This document shows, in pieces, positions 10,673 to 23,155 of a stretch of 64,000 bases of DNA. The stretch covers positions 73,578,237 to 73,642,236 of the forward strand of contig NC_068986.1 of NCBI RefSeq assembly GCF_001194135.2, read 5' to 3'. How positions within the stretch are numbered: the first letter of the stretch is position 1; each line of letters starts with the position of its first letter. Below the pieces are notes generated by a model that made no database searches, was not told the DNA's origin, and was given only the letters and a program-made list of their open reading frames with translations. The DNA comes from Octopus bimaculoides (taxonomy: Eukaryota). Position numbers and translations under genes: made by a program.

Positions 10673-11044
10673 GTTGTTGTTGGCACTCTGTCGCTTACAA
10701 AGTCGAGGGTTCCAGTTGATCCATGCTTGTGAAATTAATGTGCAAGTGGCTGAGCACTCCACAGACACGTGTACCCTTAACGTAGTTCTCGGGGATATTC
10801 AGCGTGACACAGTGTGACAAGGCTGACCCTTTGAATTACATGCACAACAGAAACAGGAAGTAAGAGTGAGAGAAAGTTGTGGTGAAAGAGTACAGCAGGG
10901 TTCGCCACCATCCCCTGCCGGAGCCTCGTGGAGCTTTAGGTGTTTTCGCTCAATAAACACTCACAACACCCGGTCTGGGAATCGAAGCCGTGATCCTATG
11001 ACCGCGAGTCCGCTGCCCTAACCACTGGGCCATTTCGCCTCCAC
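10673..11044 (-). mobile_element. SINE family B (tRNA-Arg-like head, (AAC)n tail)
   Basis: Reverse complement of gtggaggcgcaatggcccagtggttagggcagcggactcgcggtcatagg...gtgccaacaac; inserted in (TA)n. Confidence 0.9.
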
Positions 11045-11104
11045 ATATATATATATGTATATATGCATGTATGTATATATGTATGTATGTATGTATGTAT
11101 GGTA

Positions 11105-11370
11105 TATTTTTGCAGGTTTGTGTCTCCTTGTCCTGACACTATGTGATTGTTGTTAATGAATGTCACCATCATGCACGCTGTATCCTTTGTTCCAAATCTC
11201 CCATGAAAACACGTTTGGTTATGGGGAAATATTTGCTTACTTGGAAACAGGTGAGGGTTGGCAACAGGAAGGGCATCTGACCATAGAAAATCTGCTGCAA
11301 CAAAATTCCATCTGACCCATGTGAGCATGGAAAAGTGAATATAAAAATAATGATGATGATGATGATGAAT
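11105..11370 (+). mobile_element. SINE 3' half with RTE-type tail
   Basis: ...ggaaacaggtgagggttggcaacaggaagggcatc...gcatggaaaagtg...(gat)n. Confidence 0.75.
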
Positions 11371-12275
11371 ATAGTAAAAGTTAAAGTCTTGTCAAAGTGA
11401 TAAATATTCTAAAGTAATACCACAGCAGTTTGTTTCAATTGATGTTTTCACCCATGTGACATTGATTTATGTCATAGAAACTGAGCCTAAAAGGTAAAAA
11501 AAAGAAGGAAATTGAAGTGAAGGTGCTTAAGTTATCTGACAAGTTTTTTCATGTTGTTGCTGTTTTCCTTCATATTGTTCTAAAGTTTGAAGTTTTGTTA
11601 TCACACAATGATGCTAAGATAATGAAAATAAAAGCTTGCTAGATCTAAAACAATATTTGTTTTCATACATTTTAGAGAGTCTGTACAGCTGCTAGATGCA
11701 TGTTTGTCAGATGATTTATAATTCTGTCTTAATATTCAGTTGTATGGGCATGGCAGGGTTTGGTGGGGGTGGGGGTGGGAGTAGGGGGCTTGGCGCAATT
11801 GTTAGAGTGCCAAGCAAAATGTCTTGCAGTATTTAGTTACATTCATTTAGCCAATTTTTTTTTTGTTTTGTTTCTCTTAAACCAACACCAGTTGTCAAAT
11901 AGCAGTGAAGAAACACAAACACACACACACACACACACANNNNNNNNNNNNNNNNNNNNNNNNNNNNNNNNNNNNNNNNNNNNNNNNNNNNNNNNNNNNN
12001 NNNNNNNNNNNNNNNNNNNNNNNNNNNNNNNNNNNNNNNNNNNNNNNNNNNNNNNNNNNNNNNNNNNNNNNNNNNNNNNNNNNNNNNNNNNNNNNNNNNN
12101 NNNNNNNNNNNNNNNNNNNNNNNNNNNNNNNNNNNNNNNNNNNNNNNNNNNNNNNNNNNNNNNNNNNNNNNNNNNNNNNNNNNNNNNNNNNNNNNNNNNN
12201 NNNNNNNNNNNNNNNNNNNNNNNNNNNNNNNNNNNNNNNNNNNNNNNNNNNNNNNNNNNNNNNNNNNNNNNNNNN

Positions 12276-12310
<35 letters not shown>

Positions 12311-12420
12311 ATGATGGGCTTATTTGGTCAGCCTGAGGCTATAGTAGAAGACACTTGCCCAAGATGCCATGCCATAGGACTGAACCCGAAACCTTGTGGT
12401 TGGGAAGCAAGCTTCTTATT

Positions 12421-12615
12421 TCTTTATTGCCCACAAGGGGCTAAACATAGAGGGGACAAACAAATGGGTTAATTCGATTACATCAACCCCAGTGCATAAC
12501 TGGTACTTAATTTATCGACCTCGAAAGGATGAAAGGCAAAGTTGACCTCAGTGGAATTTGAACTCAGAATGTAATGGCAGACGAAATGCCAACAATTCTG
12601 CCAGCTCACCGCCTT
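12421..12615 (-). mobile_element. Meta-domain SINE nested in a family A SINE head
   Basis: The reverse complement contains tttgcctttcatcctttcgaggtcgataaattaagtaccag (Meta-like domain). The host SINE resumes at ~12615 (ttcttgccacacagtcacacttgcacct). Confidence 0.75.
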
Positions 12616-12679
12616 TCTTGCCACACAGTCACACTTGCACCTATATATATATATATATATGTGTGTGTGTTTGTGTGTA

Positions 12680-13197
12680 GGTGGAGGACAGCTGCTTAAA
12701 GAAGTGCTAGTCTCTAATTGCAGAGGTAACCTGTCAAAGGGATAGACTCAGAAAGACATAGGATGAAGTGGTGAGAAAGGGTCATCAGAATGCTAAGCCT
12801 CACTGAGGAGATGACAAGAGACCAATACTTCTGGTGCTTTATGCACTCGAGAAGACACTCAAGCTAAATATAATTGTGTCCATCCATACATACAGGCATG
12901 TCTTTTATGGCCATGCCCTCACTTTCTCTCCCAGCCAAGAGGTCTTTGTCTTTTGGGTGCTGGTGCCACATAAAATGCACTTGTTCTGGTGCCATGTAAA
13001 AGCACCCATGCTGGTAGCATGTGAGAAGCATCTGTAAAGTGGTTGGCATTAGGAAGGGAATCCAGCGATAGAAACCATGCCAAAACAGAGAATTGGAGCC
13101 TGTCCTGCTGTCTGGCTGGCCAGCTCCTGTCAAACCACCCAACGCATGTCAACATAGAAAATCGATGTTAAACAATGAGGACGATGATGATGATGAT
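12680..13197 (+). mobile_element. Older RTE LINE 3' end
   Basis: Degenerate EDSCLKKC*SL..T*DEVVRK...LSLTEEMTRD, then a 3' UTR and a gatgttaaac...(gat)n tail. Confidence 0.75.
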
Positions 13198-13211
13198 ATA
13201 TNNNNNNNNNN

Positions 13212-13243
<32 letters not shown>

Positions 13244-13745
13244 CATGAGCTTCCACACAGTTTCCAACTACCAAATTCACTTGCAAGGTCCCACACAATG
13301 GTACCGAAGCTAAAACCATGTGGTTGCAAACAAGTTGAAATTCTGACAATATCAGTTTCATCTTTCATTTGTATGAGATCAGCAAAATAAAGTATCAATC
13401 ACATACTGAGGCAATCTAATCAATTTGGCCTTCCCCACAAATTCATCATCATCTACCTTTGTTAGATATCAATATTTGCTGCAATGATTCTGTCTTCATG
13501 TGGATCTGTCTTAATTGAATGGCATTTCTTGGTTTGTATGACATACTTTCTTGTCATGCACATTTAATTATTGGTAGGTACCCTGTAGGGATGTCAATTA
13601 GGTACCTTATAGATACCTTACATAGCAGAAACCTCGTTAAGTACATACCCTATGTGGCATCAACTGGGTACCTTATAAAGCATTAACTAGATACTCTCTG
13701 TAGCATCAATTGGTAGATACCAATTGATGCTATATATACTAATTG

Positions 13746-13793
<48 letters not shown>

Positions 13794-14548
13794 NNNNNNN
13801 NNNNNNNNNNNNNNNNNNNNNNNNNNNNNNNNNNNNNNNNNNNNNNNNNNNNNNNNNNNNNNNNNNNNNNNNNNNNNNNNNNNNNNNNNNNNNNNNNNNN
13901 NNNNNNNNNNNNNNNNNNNNNNNNNNNNNNNNNNNNNNNNNNNNNNNNNNNNNNNNNNNNNNNNNNNNNNNNNNNNNNNNNNNNNNNNNNNNNNNNNNNN
14001 NNNNNNNNNNNNNNNNNNNNNNNNNNNNNNNNNNNNNNNNNNNNNNNNNNNNNNNNNNNNNNNNNNNNNNNNNNNNNNNNNNNNNNNNNNNNNNNNNNNN
14101 NNNNNNNNNNNNNNNNNNNNNNNNNNNNNNNNNNNNNNNNNNNNNNNNNNNNNNNNNNNNNNNNNNNNNNNNNNNNNNNNNNNNNNNNNNNNNNNNNNNN
14201 NNNNNNNNNNNNNNNNNNNNNNNNNNNNNNNNNNNNNNNNNNNNNNNNNNNNNNNNNNNNNNNNNNNNNNNNNNNNNNNNNNNNNNNNNNNNNNNNNNNN
14301 NNNNNNNNNNNNNNNNNNNNNNNNNNNNNNNNNNNNNNNNNNNNNNNNNNNNNNNNNNNNNNNNNNNNNNNNNNNNNNNNNNNNNNNNNNNNNNNNNNNN
14401 NNNNNNNNNNNNNNNNNNNNNNNNNNNNNNNNNNNNNNNNNNNNNNNNNNNNNNNNNNNNNNNNNNNNNNNNNNNNNNNNNNNNNNNNNNNNNNNNNNNN
14501 NNNNNNNNNNNNNNNNNNNNNNNNNNNNNNNNNNNNNNNNNNNNNNNN

Positions 14549-14717
14549 ATACTCATAGCTGATATTAATGTTGTAATTCCAACAATATAAAGACATTGTA
14601 ATGTTATATTCACTGCATAGATAAATCATTTTGTTTTTTTTTCTTTTTCTTTTGTCTTTTTTTTCTTTTTCTTTTGTCTTTTTTTTCTTTTTCTTTTGTC
14701 TTTTGTGTGATGTACAT
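14549..14717 (+). repeat. 169-bp exact duplicate of 15502-15670
   Basis: The two copies are identical by eye and each abuts an N gap. Confidence 0.9.
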
Positions 14718-15076
14718 CTGCTGTAAATATACTGAAGATTATCTGGTTCCAATGTTAACAATTTACCAATCTAAGTACATGTCAATAATTTATATTACAT
14801 TGCTACCGATGTTGCTGCCGACAACAACATGGCCTGGCCTCATCTATTGAATAGTGCAATGAGAAGTTTAGATTGGTAGTTTTAATCAAATAAGTATACT
14901 TACGTTGTCAGATTTAATCAAGCAGTTAGTAGGATACATCAAATATTTCACTGTGTTTAGTTGTATTCAAACCTGCCCCACCTATCACCACCACGACCAT
15001 GACCACGACCACGACCACGACGGCCACCACCATCACCACCATGACCATCACCACAACCACCACCACNNNNNNNNNN

Positions 15077-15115
<39 letters not shown>

Positions 15116-16698
15116 AATTATGTGGATAAATTACATACATTAAATATATTAAATACAATAGTTTGGGCATGAAATACAAAATATGTAAATATGTATACAT
15201 GCAAATAAGAGAAAGCAAAAGGTGGAGCCTTTCAGATGATGAATTTTAAAGTATAAATATATAGATATTTATATCAATAGGTTCAACTTACACAGAGTAT
15301 AAATGACAGAGAAAAATTAAAGGGGTGGACGAAAGGTGTCATAAGTCCAACAGCTGTTTCTGGGTGCTCAGAGAGCCATAATAATGTTGGTAGATGTGGT
15401 TCATCACAATATGTGGCTGTAATGGATATAATCAACATTGGATAAAACGAGTCTTCATCATCAGAGTAGAGAAGTTGTATATGCATATATATATTACACA
15501 AATACTCATAGCTGATATTAATGTTGTAATTCCAACAATATAAAGACATTGTAATGTTATATTCACTGCATAGATAAATCATTTTGTTTTTTTTTCTTTT
15601 TCTTTTGTCTTTTTTTTCTTTTTCTTTTGTCTTTTTTTTCTTTTTCTTTTGTCTTTTGTGTGATGTACATNNNNNNNNNNNNNNNNNNNNNNNNNNNNNN
15701 NNNNNNNNNNNNNNNNNNNNNNNNNNNNNNNNNNNNNNNNNNNNNNNNNNNNNNNNNNNNNNNNNNNNNNNNNNNNNNNNNNNNNNNNNNNNNNNNNNNN
15801 NNNNNNNNNNNNNNNNNNNNNNNNNNNNNNNNNNNNNNNNNNNNNNNNNNNNNNNNNNNNNNNNNNNNNNNNNNNNNNNNNNNNNNNNNNNNNNNNNNNN
15901 NNNNNNNNNNNNNNNNNNNNNNNNNNNNNNNNNNNNNNNNNNNNNNNNNNNNNNNNNNNNNNNNNNNNNNNNNNNNNNNNNNNNNNNNNNNNNNNNNNNN
16001 NNNNNNNNNNNNNNNNNNNNNNNNNNNNNNNNNNNNNNNNNNNNNNNNNNNNNNNNNNNNNNNNNNNNNNNNNNNNNNNNNNNNNNNNNNNNNNNNNNNN
16101 NNNNNNNNNNNNNNNNNNNNNNNNNNNNNNNNNNNNNNNNNNNNNNNNNNNNNNNNNNNNNNNNNNNNNNNNNNNNNNNNNNNNNNNNNNNNNNNNNNNN
16201 NNNNNNNNNNNNNNNNNNNNNNNNNNNNNNNNNNNNNNNNNNNNNNNNNNNNNNNNNNNNNNNNNNNNNNNNNNNNNNNNNNNNNNNNNNNNNNNNNNNN
16301 NNNNNNNNNNNNNNNNNNNNNNNNNNNNNNNNNNNNNNNNNNNNNNNNNNNNNNNNNNNNNNNNNNNNNNNNNNNNNNNNNNNNNNNNNNNNNNNNNNNN
16401 NNNNNNNNNNNNNNNNNNNNNNNNNNNNNNNNNNNNNNNNNNNNNNNNNNNNNNNNNACCACCATATTCTCCACTGCTGCCGCTGCTGCCACCACTACCA
16501 CCACCACCACCACCATCACCACCATCACCACTGCCGCCACCTTCAACTGGCCATGTCAAAACATTTACTGAGACAGAATCCTCCATCTTTAGCTTGCAGC
16601 TAATTTTAAATCTCATAAACTTTCGTCTTCATGTCCAAACAAGAGAGAGAAAAAGATAGATGGATAGAGAGAGATAGAGATAGATAGCCAGATAAATA

Positions 16699-16738
<40 letters not shown>

Positions 16739-16904
16739 CGAAAAAGACAGAGAGTGAGAAATAGGTGAGGTGGAAGGGGGAGATATAGTTAGGAACACCT
16801 TCAACCCCAACCCCCTCTTCATTTCGTGTCATTGATCTAAATCTTTATATTTCACATCAGATTTTCAAACCAATTGATAAGTTTGATTCTGATCATGCAT
16901 GAAC

Positions 16905-17002
16905 TGTTATTATTATTATTGTTGTTGTTATCATTTTCATTATTATTATTATTATTATTATCATTATTGTTATCATTATTATTATTATTATTATTATTAT
17001 TT
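16905..17002. repeat. (ATT)n-rich microsatellite
   Basis: Directly visible. Confidence 0.9.
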
Positions 17003-17176
17003 ATGAAGAATTTCATTGAAAATCTATTTCCTGAACGTGTTCTCTTGCTGACATTCAAATTGAATAAATTCCTTAATATATTCATGTCTCCCACATTGCA
17101 AAGGCTTTTACTTGGAAAATGGTTTTATTTCTTTTATTTACTTATGGTTTGTTTGAGTTTGGATTTATATACATAC

Positions 17177-17223
<47 letters not shown>

Positions 17224-17265
17224 GATATAGGGCAGGGAATTGCCAATTAGTAATAAAATATATAT

Positions 17266-17377
17266 ATTGGAGCCTGGTGTTGCCATCCGGTTTCACCAGT
17301 CCTCAGTCAAATCGTCCAACCCATGCTAGCATGGAAGGCGGACGTTAAACGATGATGATGATGATGATGATGATGAT
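17266..17377 (+). mobile_element. Very short RTE 3' tail
   Basis: attggagcctggtgttgccatccggtttcacc...gcggacgttaaac(gat)n, the same family as 6197-6627. Confidence 0.85.
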
Positions 17378-17815
17378 GTATGTATGTATGTATGTATGTA
17401 TGTATCTTTTTTTTCCTTATTNNNNNNNNNNNNNNNNNNNNNNNNNNNNNNNNNNNNNNNNNNNNNNNNNNNNNNNNNNNNNNNNNNNNNNNNNNNNNNN
17501 NNNNNNNNNNNNNNNNNNNNNNNNNNNNNNNNNNNNNNNNNNNNNNNNNNNNNNNNNNNNNNNNNNNNNNNNNNNNNNNNNNNNNNNNNNNNNNNNNNNN
17601 NNNNNCACACCCCTCTAGCAAGTTCATTTAATAAAAATATCACTTCATTTACTTATTTTTATAAGTAAATGACAATTTCATCTTTATTTCGTTTATATGT
17701 TCTATATATACATATATATATATATATCTTATATACACACACGTGTGTGTGTGTTGACAAATGTATGCATACATTATCTATATATACATACATAATTTAC
17801 AAATATTATGCATAC

Positions 17816-17856
<41 letters not shown>

Positions 17857-17965
17857 CAATTTGTCTAGATTAATATTTATCAGAATAAATATTAAAATGC
17901 AATAAATTTCTGTTTCATGTGGTGACGAGAATTCTAATGTTTTGAATAGAAAGTCTTGATGAATG

Positions 17966-18125
17966 ATTAAATGTGGGGCATGTTGGTCATTAAATGTGAA
18001 AGTGCACTGATGATTAAACTTTGGAGTGTTTTGTTAATTTAAAGTGGGGATGTGCTGGGCTTTAATGTGGAGGTGTGTTGGTGATTAAACATGAGGGTAT
18101 ATTGTTGCTTTAATGTGAAGAGAAG
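17966..18125. repeat. Degenerate ~24-bp minisatellite, continuing at ~19063-19150
   Basis: Units resemble ttaaatgtggaggtgtgttggtga. Confidence 0.7.
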
Positions 18126-18154
18126 GTATTATTCATTATATAAAGGTGATTTGT

Positions 18155-18301
18155 AATTGAATGATGAAAAATGAATGATGAAAAATTGAATGATGAAAAT
18201 GAATGATGAAAAATTGAATGATGAAAAATGAATGATGAAAAATTGAATGATGAAAAATGAATGATGAAAAATTGAATGATGAAAAACGAATGATGAAAAA
18301 T
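18155..18301. repeat. 15-bp minisatellite (TGAATGATGAAAAAT)n, about 10 units
   Basis: Directly visible. Confidence 0.9.
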
Positions 18302-19066
18302 ACACTGTATAAAGAATGAAATACCCACAGAGTCAGTTGATCTATGGTTTCATTTCCAAGAAATATAAACCACTGGTTTGTATTTCTTGGGCCCTGGGAT
18401 AGCTATGAATGGCCAAAAGTACCTGGAACTGATGGTAGAGTAATTGAAAATGCACATGCATATTCTTTTATATATTCTTTTACTTGTTTCAATCATTTGA
18501 CTGCAGCCATGCTGGAGCACTGCCTTAAAGGGTTTTAGTAAAAGAAATTGACTCTAGGGCTTATTCTTTGTAAGCCTAGTACTTAATCGGTCCCTTTTGA
18601 TAAACTGCTTGATTACAGGGATGTAAACACACCAGCGCCGGTTGTCAAGTGATAGTGGGGGGGGGGCAAACACACACACATAAATACACACACACACACA
18701 CACACACATGTATATGTGACAGGCTTCTTTGAGTTTCTGTCTACCAAATCCACTCACAAGGCTCTGGTCAGCCTGAGGCTATTGCAGAAGACACTTGCCC
18801 AAGTTTCCACATAGTGGAACTGTAATTGCAACCTTGTGGTTGGGAAGCAAGCTTCTTACCATGGTACAACATATTCATGCACAATGGTGCTCCATGTCAT
18901 AGAGTAAAAATTGTACAATACTTTAAAAAGGTCAAGGTCATGAGACAAGAATGGCTTCAGTCCTCTTAGAAATTTGTGGGAATACATGAAAAACAAGGTT
19001 GCTGACAAACAACCATCCTGTGCAAAAGCCTTTGTAGAAGCTATTAAGGAGGTATGGATTAAAGTG
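18292..19066 (+). pseudogene. Tc1-family transposase fragment (DDE region) split by a SINE
   Basis: Reads DEKYTV*RMKYPQSQLIYGFISK and TGLYFLGPGIAMNGQKYLELMVE*LKMHM before the SINE. After it come FMHNGAPCHRVKIV and LWEYMKNKVADKQPSCAKAFVEAIKEVWIK, all canonical Tc1 motifs. Confidence 0.85.
18470..18860 (-). mobile_element. SINE family A inserted into the Tc1 fragment
   Basis: Reverse-complement family A copy with internal (CA)n. Confidence 0.85.
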
Positions 19067-19174
19067 AGGCGTGTAAGTGATTTAATGTAGGGATGTGTTG
19101 GTTAATAAATGTGTGGTGTGTTAGTCATTCAATGTAGGGTGTTTTGGTGATTGTATTATATTATATACATAGGT

Positions 19175-19508
19175 GTGAAGGGGCATGGCTCAGTGATTAG
19201 AGCGTTGGGCCCACGATCATGGTGTACTGAGTTTGATTCCTGGACCAAGCTGTGTGTTGTGTTCTTGAGCAAGACACTTTATTTCACTTTGCTTCAGTTC
19301 ACTCAGTTGTAGAAATGATTTGCGATGTCACTGGTGCCAAGCTGTATTGTTCTTTGCTGTTCCCTTGGATAACATTGGTGGCATGGAGTGAGGAAGCCCC
19401 TATGCATGGGCGACTACAGGTTTTCCATAAACAACATTTCCTGGACTTGTGTCTTGAAGGGGACCTTTCTCAGTGAAACCCCATGGTCATTCATGACTGA
19501 AGGGATTC
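19175..19508 (+). mobile_element. SINE family C
   Basis: gtgaaggggcatggctcagtgattagagc...gtgttcttgagcaagacact...gactgaaggg. Confidence 0.85.
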
Positions 19509-19524
19509 CTTTATGCATAGGTAT

Positions 19525-19760
19525 CGTCCACCTCATCTAAAGTTAGAACCATGTACTGCAACAGCTCTAGGATTCAAAGGCCCACTACTCTTCAATGCCC
19601 TGCCAAAAAATTAAGAAACTTGCACAATATGGATATGCATGTCTTGAAAAAGGAACTGGACATTCTCCTATACTGAAGAACCAATGATCCAACATGAGGT
19701 ACAGATGATGGCAGCAATGTCAAACTCCTTCATACACCAAATGGGCCAACAACCAAAGGG
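19525..19760 (+). mobile_element. LINE 3' end (CR1/L2/Jockey-group ORF2 C-terminus)
   Basis: Frameshifted SKVRTMYCNS-LGFKGPLLFNALPK-LRNLHNMDMHVLKKELDILL. Confidence 0.6.
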
Positions 19761-19947
19761 GTGAAAAAAACACATGCAAGAGTGGCGATATGAAATCCCA
19801 CCACCCTGAAGAAATCAGTCAAAGAAAAATGATATGCAAAAGTACAAAATCATGGTTTTAGATAATACACAAAATCACTATTTTAATTAATACACCTGTC
19901 TCCTACTAAATATGTTGAGTGCCTTTTACTTTGGTTTGTCCACTCAC

Positions 19948-19984
<37 letters not shown>

Positions 19985-19988
<4 letters not shown>

Positions 19989-20574
19989 GCTGCGTGAAAA
20001 AGTGCCACACCCTAACAGTTGAGGGAACCCGTGGAAGAGGTAGGCCCAGGAAGACCTGGGCTGAGGTGGTGAGGCAAGACCTTCGTACATTGGGCCTCAC
20101 CGAGGCGATGACTACTGACCGAGACCTTTGGAAATGTGCTGTGCGTGAGAAGACCCGGCAAGCCAAGTAAGATCGTTGCCAGTGCCCCTGGACTGGTTCT
20201 TGTGCGGGCGGCACATGAGATGCACCATTTTGAGTGTGGCCGTTGCCAGTACCGCCTGACTGGCTCCCGTAGGATTTTCGNNNNNNNNNNNNATTTTCGA
20301 GCGAGATCGTTGCCAATGCCCCTGGACTGGCTTGTGCGGGTGGCACATAAAAGACACCATTTCGAGCATGGCCATTTTCGTGCGGGTGACACGTAAAAGC
20401 ACCCACTACACTCTCTGAGTGGTTGGCGTTAGGAAGGGCATCCAGCTGTAGAAACTCTGCCAAATTAGACTGGAGCCTGGTGTTGCCATCCAGTTTCACC
20501 AGTCCTCAGTCAAATCGTCCAACCCATGCTAGCATGGAAAGCGGACGTTAAACGATGATGATGATGATGATGAT
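19985..20574 (+). mobile_element. RTE LINE 3' end, young
   Basis: Open frame SCVKKCHTLTVEGTRGRGRPRKTWAEVVRQDLRTLGLTEAMTTDRDLWKCAVREKTRQAK* (stop 20168-70; RTE GRPRKTW motif), then a 3' UTR and (gat)n tail. Confidence 0.92.
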
Positions 20575-21674
20575 ATATATATAGGATATGTAGTACAAAT
20601 TTAGATATTGCAATATAAATATTGTAATGTATGTTTATATATTTATAATTTAAGATTTGTGCCATAAATATAGTTACTGTAATATATTATACATTTAGAT
20701 ATTGTAAAATATTGACACTGAAATATATATAGTGATATAGTTTAGATATGGAGACAGTAATATAGTGTGAATATAAATATTGTAATTAACAGTGTACAGC
20801 TGATGTTTACTGTTTCTTGGTGATGATTAATAAGAAGTTTAATGGGTGGAAGTTAAATGCAAGAGGACTGTGGTAGAGAATAGAATATTATATTAAAGTG
20901 AATGTAGTGAGGGAAGAAAGTAAGGTTATAAAACAATAACGAAAAGTATATACAGAATTATATATGAATGTATATAGATATATGTGCAGACATACATACA
21001 CACCTGTATGCATCTCTACATATGTCTACGTGCGAACATACATACATACACATGCACACATGCACAAGGACATGTACTCACTGATGAAGAAGAGAATGAG
21101 AGAAGATTGGGGAAAGGCAAAACGCAGCAGGAAAAGAGAATTAAAAAATACTCTGATCAAAGAATGGGAGTGGTCAATGCTTGGATACAAATGGGTATGA
21201 GATCTGAAGAGACATAAGCATTTACATGTTTGTGTGAGCGCATGTGTGTGTGTGTGTGTGTGTGTGCATGTTGTTGTGCACATGAACGTAAACTTGTGTC
21301 GATATAAATATTGGTTTAAAGAAAACAAGTAAAGGAAGGAAGTAAGGAAGTTGTGATAAAAGAAATGAACAGCCAGGAAAAATCTAAACATTCATTGATA
21401 GCTTTAGGTGTGGGAAGGTGTAAATATGCTGTATGTGTGTGTGAGGAGGGAGAGAGAGAGAGGTAGATGGAGAGAGGGAGGTAGATAGAGAGAGGGAGGA
21501 TTCAGTGCAAGGTGTTACCACAAGTGGTTCACCTGCAAAATTCTAATGTCCATCCAAGGGTTGAGAGATTCTTGGAACATTCTGGCATGCACAAAGATCA
21601 TGAAAGCTGTTGGCAAAATTGGGGATCATTTTGGTGTGTGAACCAGCATATCTGTAATCATTCTGTTATCAAGC

Positions 21675-21795
21675 AGTACTTTTTTTTGTTAAACCTTGGT
21701 ACTTATTCTATCGGTCTCTCATGCCGAACCACTAAGTTATGGGGACGTAAACAAATCAACACCGGCTGTCAAGCAGTGGTGGGATAGACACACAG

Positions 21796-21835
<40 letters not shown>

Positions 21836-22015
21836 ATATAGATATGTATACGACAGGCTTCTTTCAGTTTCTGTCTACCAATTCACTCACAAGGCTTTGG
21901 TCAGCTCTAGGCTATAAGAGAAGATACTTGCTCAAGGTGCCACCCATTGGGACTGAACCTGGAACCATGTGGCTGTGAAGCAAGCTTCTTCCCACACAAC
22001 CATGCCTGCACCTAT
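21675..22015 (-). mobile_element. SINE family A
   Basis: Reverse-complement copy with internal (CA)n. Confidence 0.8.
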
Positions 22016-22654
22016 CATAACAATTTTGATGGCATGTAAACGTTTCAAGATTAGAATGTGTTACATTTGAAATAGTGAATAAATTAATTTTATCTTTTCC
22101 AACACTACATTGTTAAATATCTTTTATTGCCTACTTATTAATATTATGAAACAACAAATAAATGAATTACAGGATCTTACTAATGTATATTGAATGTAAA
22201 CACGAGCATTAAGTAGACCAGGGTGCTATAGTCAAACTATTTAATTTCCACATTTATATTCTACAGAAATGCATTCCTTGAACAAACCTAATTTATTAAT
22301 CAAATTTTTATGTCTCCGATTCAATTGAGTTCAGCTCTGTTGCTTAATTTAGAGATTTACGCCAATTGTTGGAATAACAAATTCCATGTTCCTTACACCA
22401 ATCTATAAATTATGGGATAGAATTGATATGCTATTCTCACATCAAGACATTTAGAGTAATAATGTCTTTCATGAGGTCATAATACAATGTCAGTGTATTA
22501 TTTTGAATTTTAATTAATTAATTTCTCAGCTATTTTTAGCAATCCACCAATGCTGAGCTACCATTCTTTCCAGTTTAAAAGATCCATAAACTTGAAGTTT
22601 CATCTCTGTAATATTCAATGTTTTATGAGTGGTTTGTGTCAGTCGATATGTGCA

Positions 22655-22804
22655 GGTATGACTGTGTGATTCAGGAGTTCGCTTCCCAACCACATGGTTT
22701 TGGTTTCAGTCCCACTGAATGGCATTATCAGTGTCTTCTACTATAGCCCTGGATTAACCAAAACCTTGCGTGTGGATTTAGTGGATAGAAACTGAAAGAA
22801 GCCT

Positions 22805-22844
<40 letters not shown>

Positions 22845-23155
22845 AAAGAGTGAGGAAAGACATTTATTTGAGCACTCAGAACACATACCTATTAGTTTGA
22901 GTCATCCTGACGAAAACTCCTCACATCCTATATATTGTCTGTGTATGTGTGTTTATGTCTGTGCTCCCAGTGCTTGATAATCTTTGTTGGTTTGTTCATG
23001 TTCCTGTTACAGTGATTCCACAAGTGACTGATAGAATACGTACCAAGCTTTATAAAAAATAAAGTACCGGAATCAATTTGTTCAACTAAAACCCTTCGAA
23101 GGTGGTGCCCCAGCATGGCCACAGTCTAGTGACTGAAACGAGCAAAAGATAAAAG
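22655..23155 (+). mobile_element. SINE family A (diverged) with an ~88-bp insert in its microsatellite
   Basis: The head is at ~22655, (GT)n at 22808-22842, an unrelated insert at 22843-22930, and the tail runs to gtgactgaaacgagcaaaagataaaag. Confidence 0.75.

Noticed and set aside
9727-17668. Long ORFs (140-345 aa) in the ORF track, also at 50896-52059 and 54827-55393
   Set aside because: They consist mostly of X from N gaps plus microsatellite translations.
20274-20300. Apparent small duplication (attttcg) around a 13-N gap
   Set aside because: A contig-end overlap artefact; the intact sister copy at ~6340 is continuous.
21500-21650. Possible PHD-finger-like LINE ORF1 remnant (IQCKV...)
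   Set aside because: It needs several assumed frameshifts and has too few conserved Cys/His to support.
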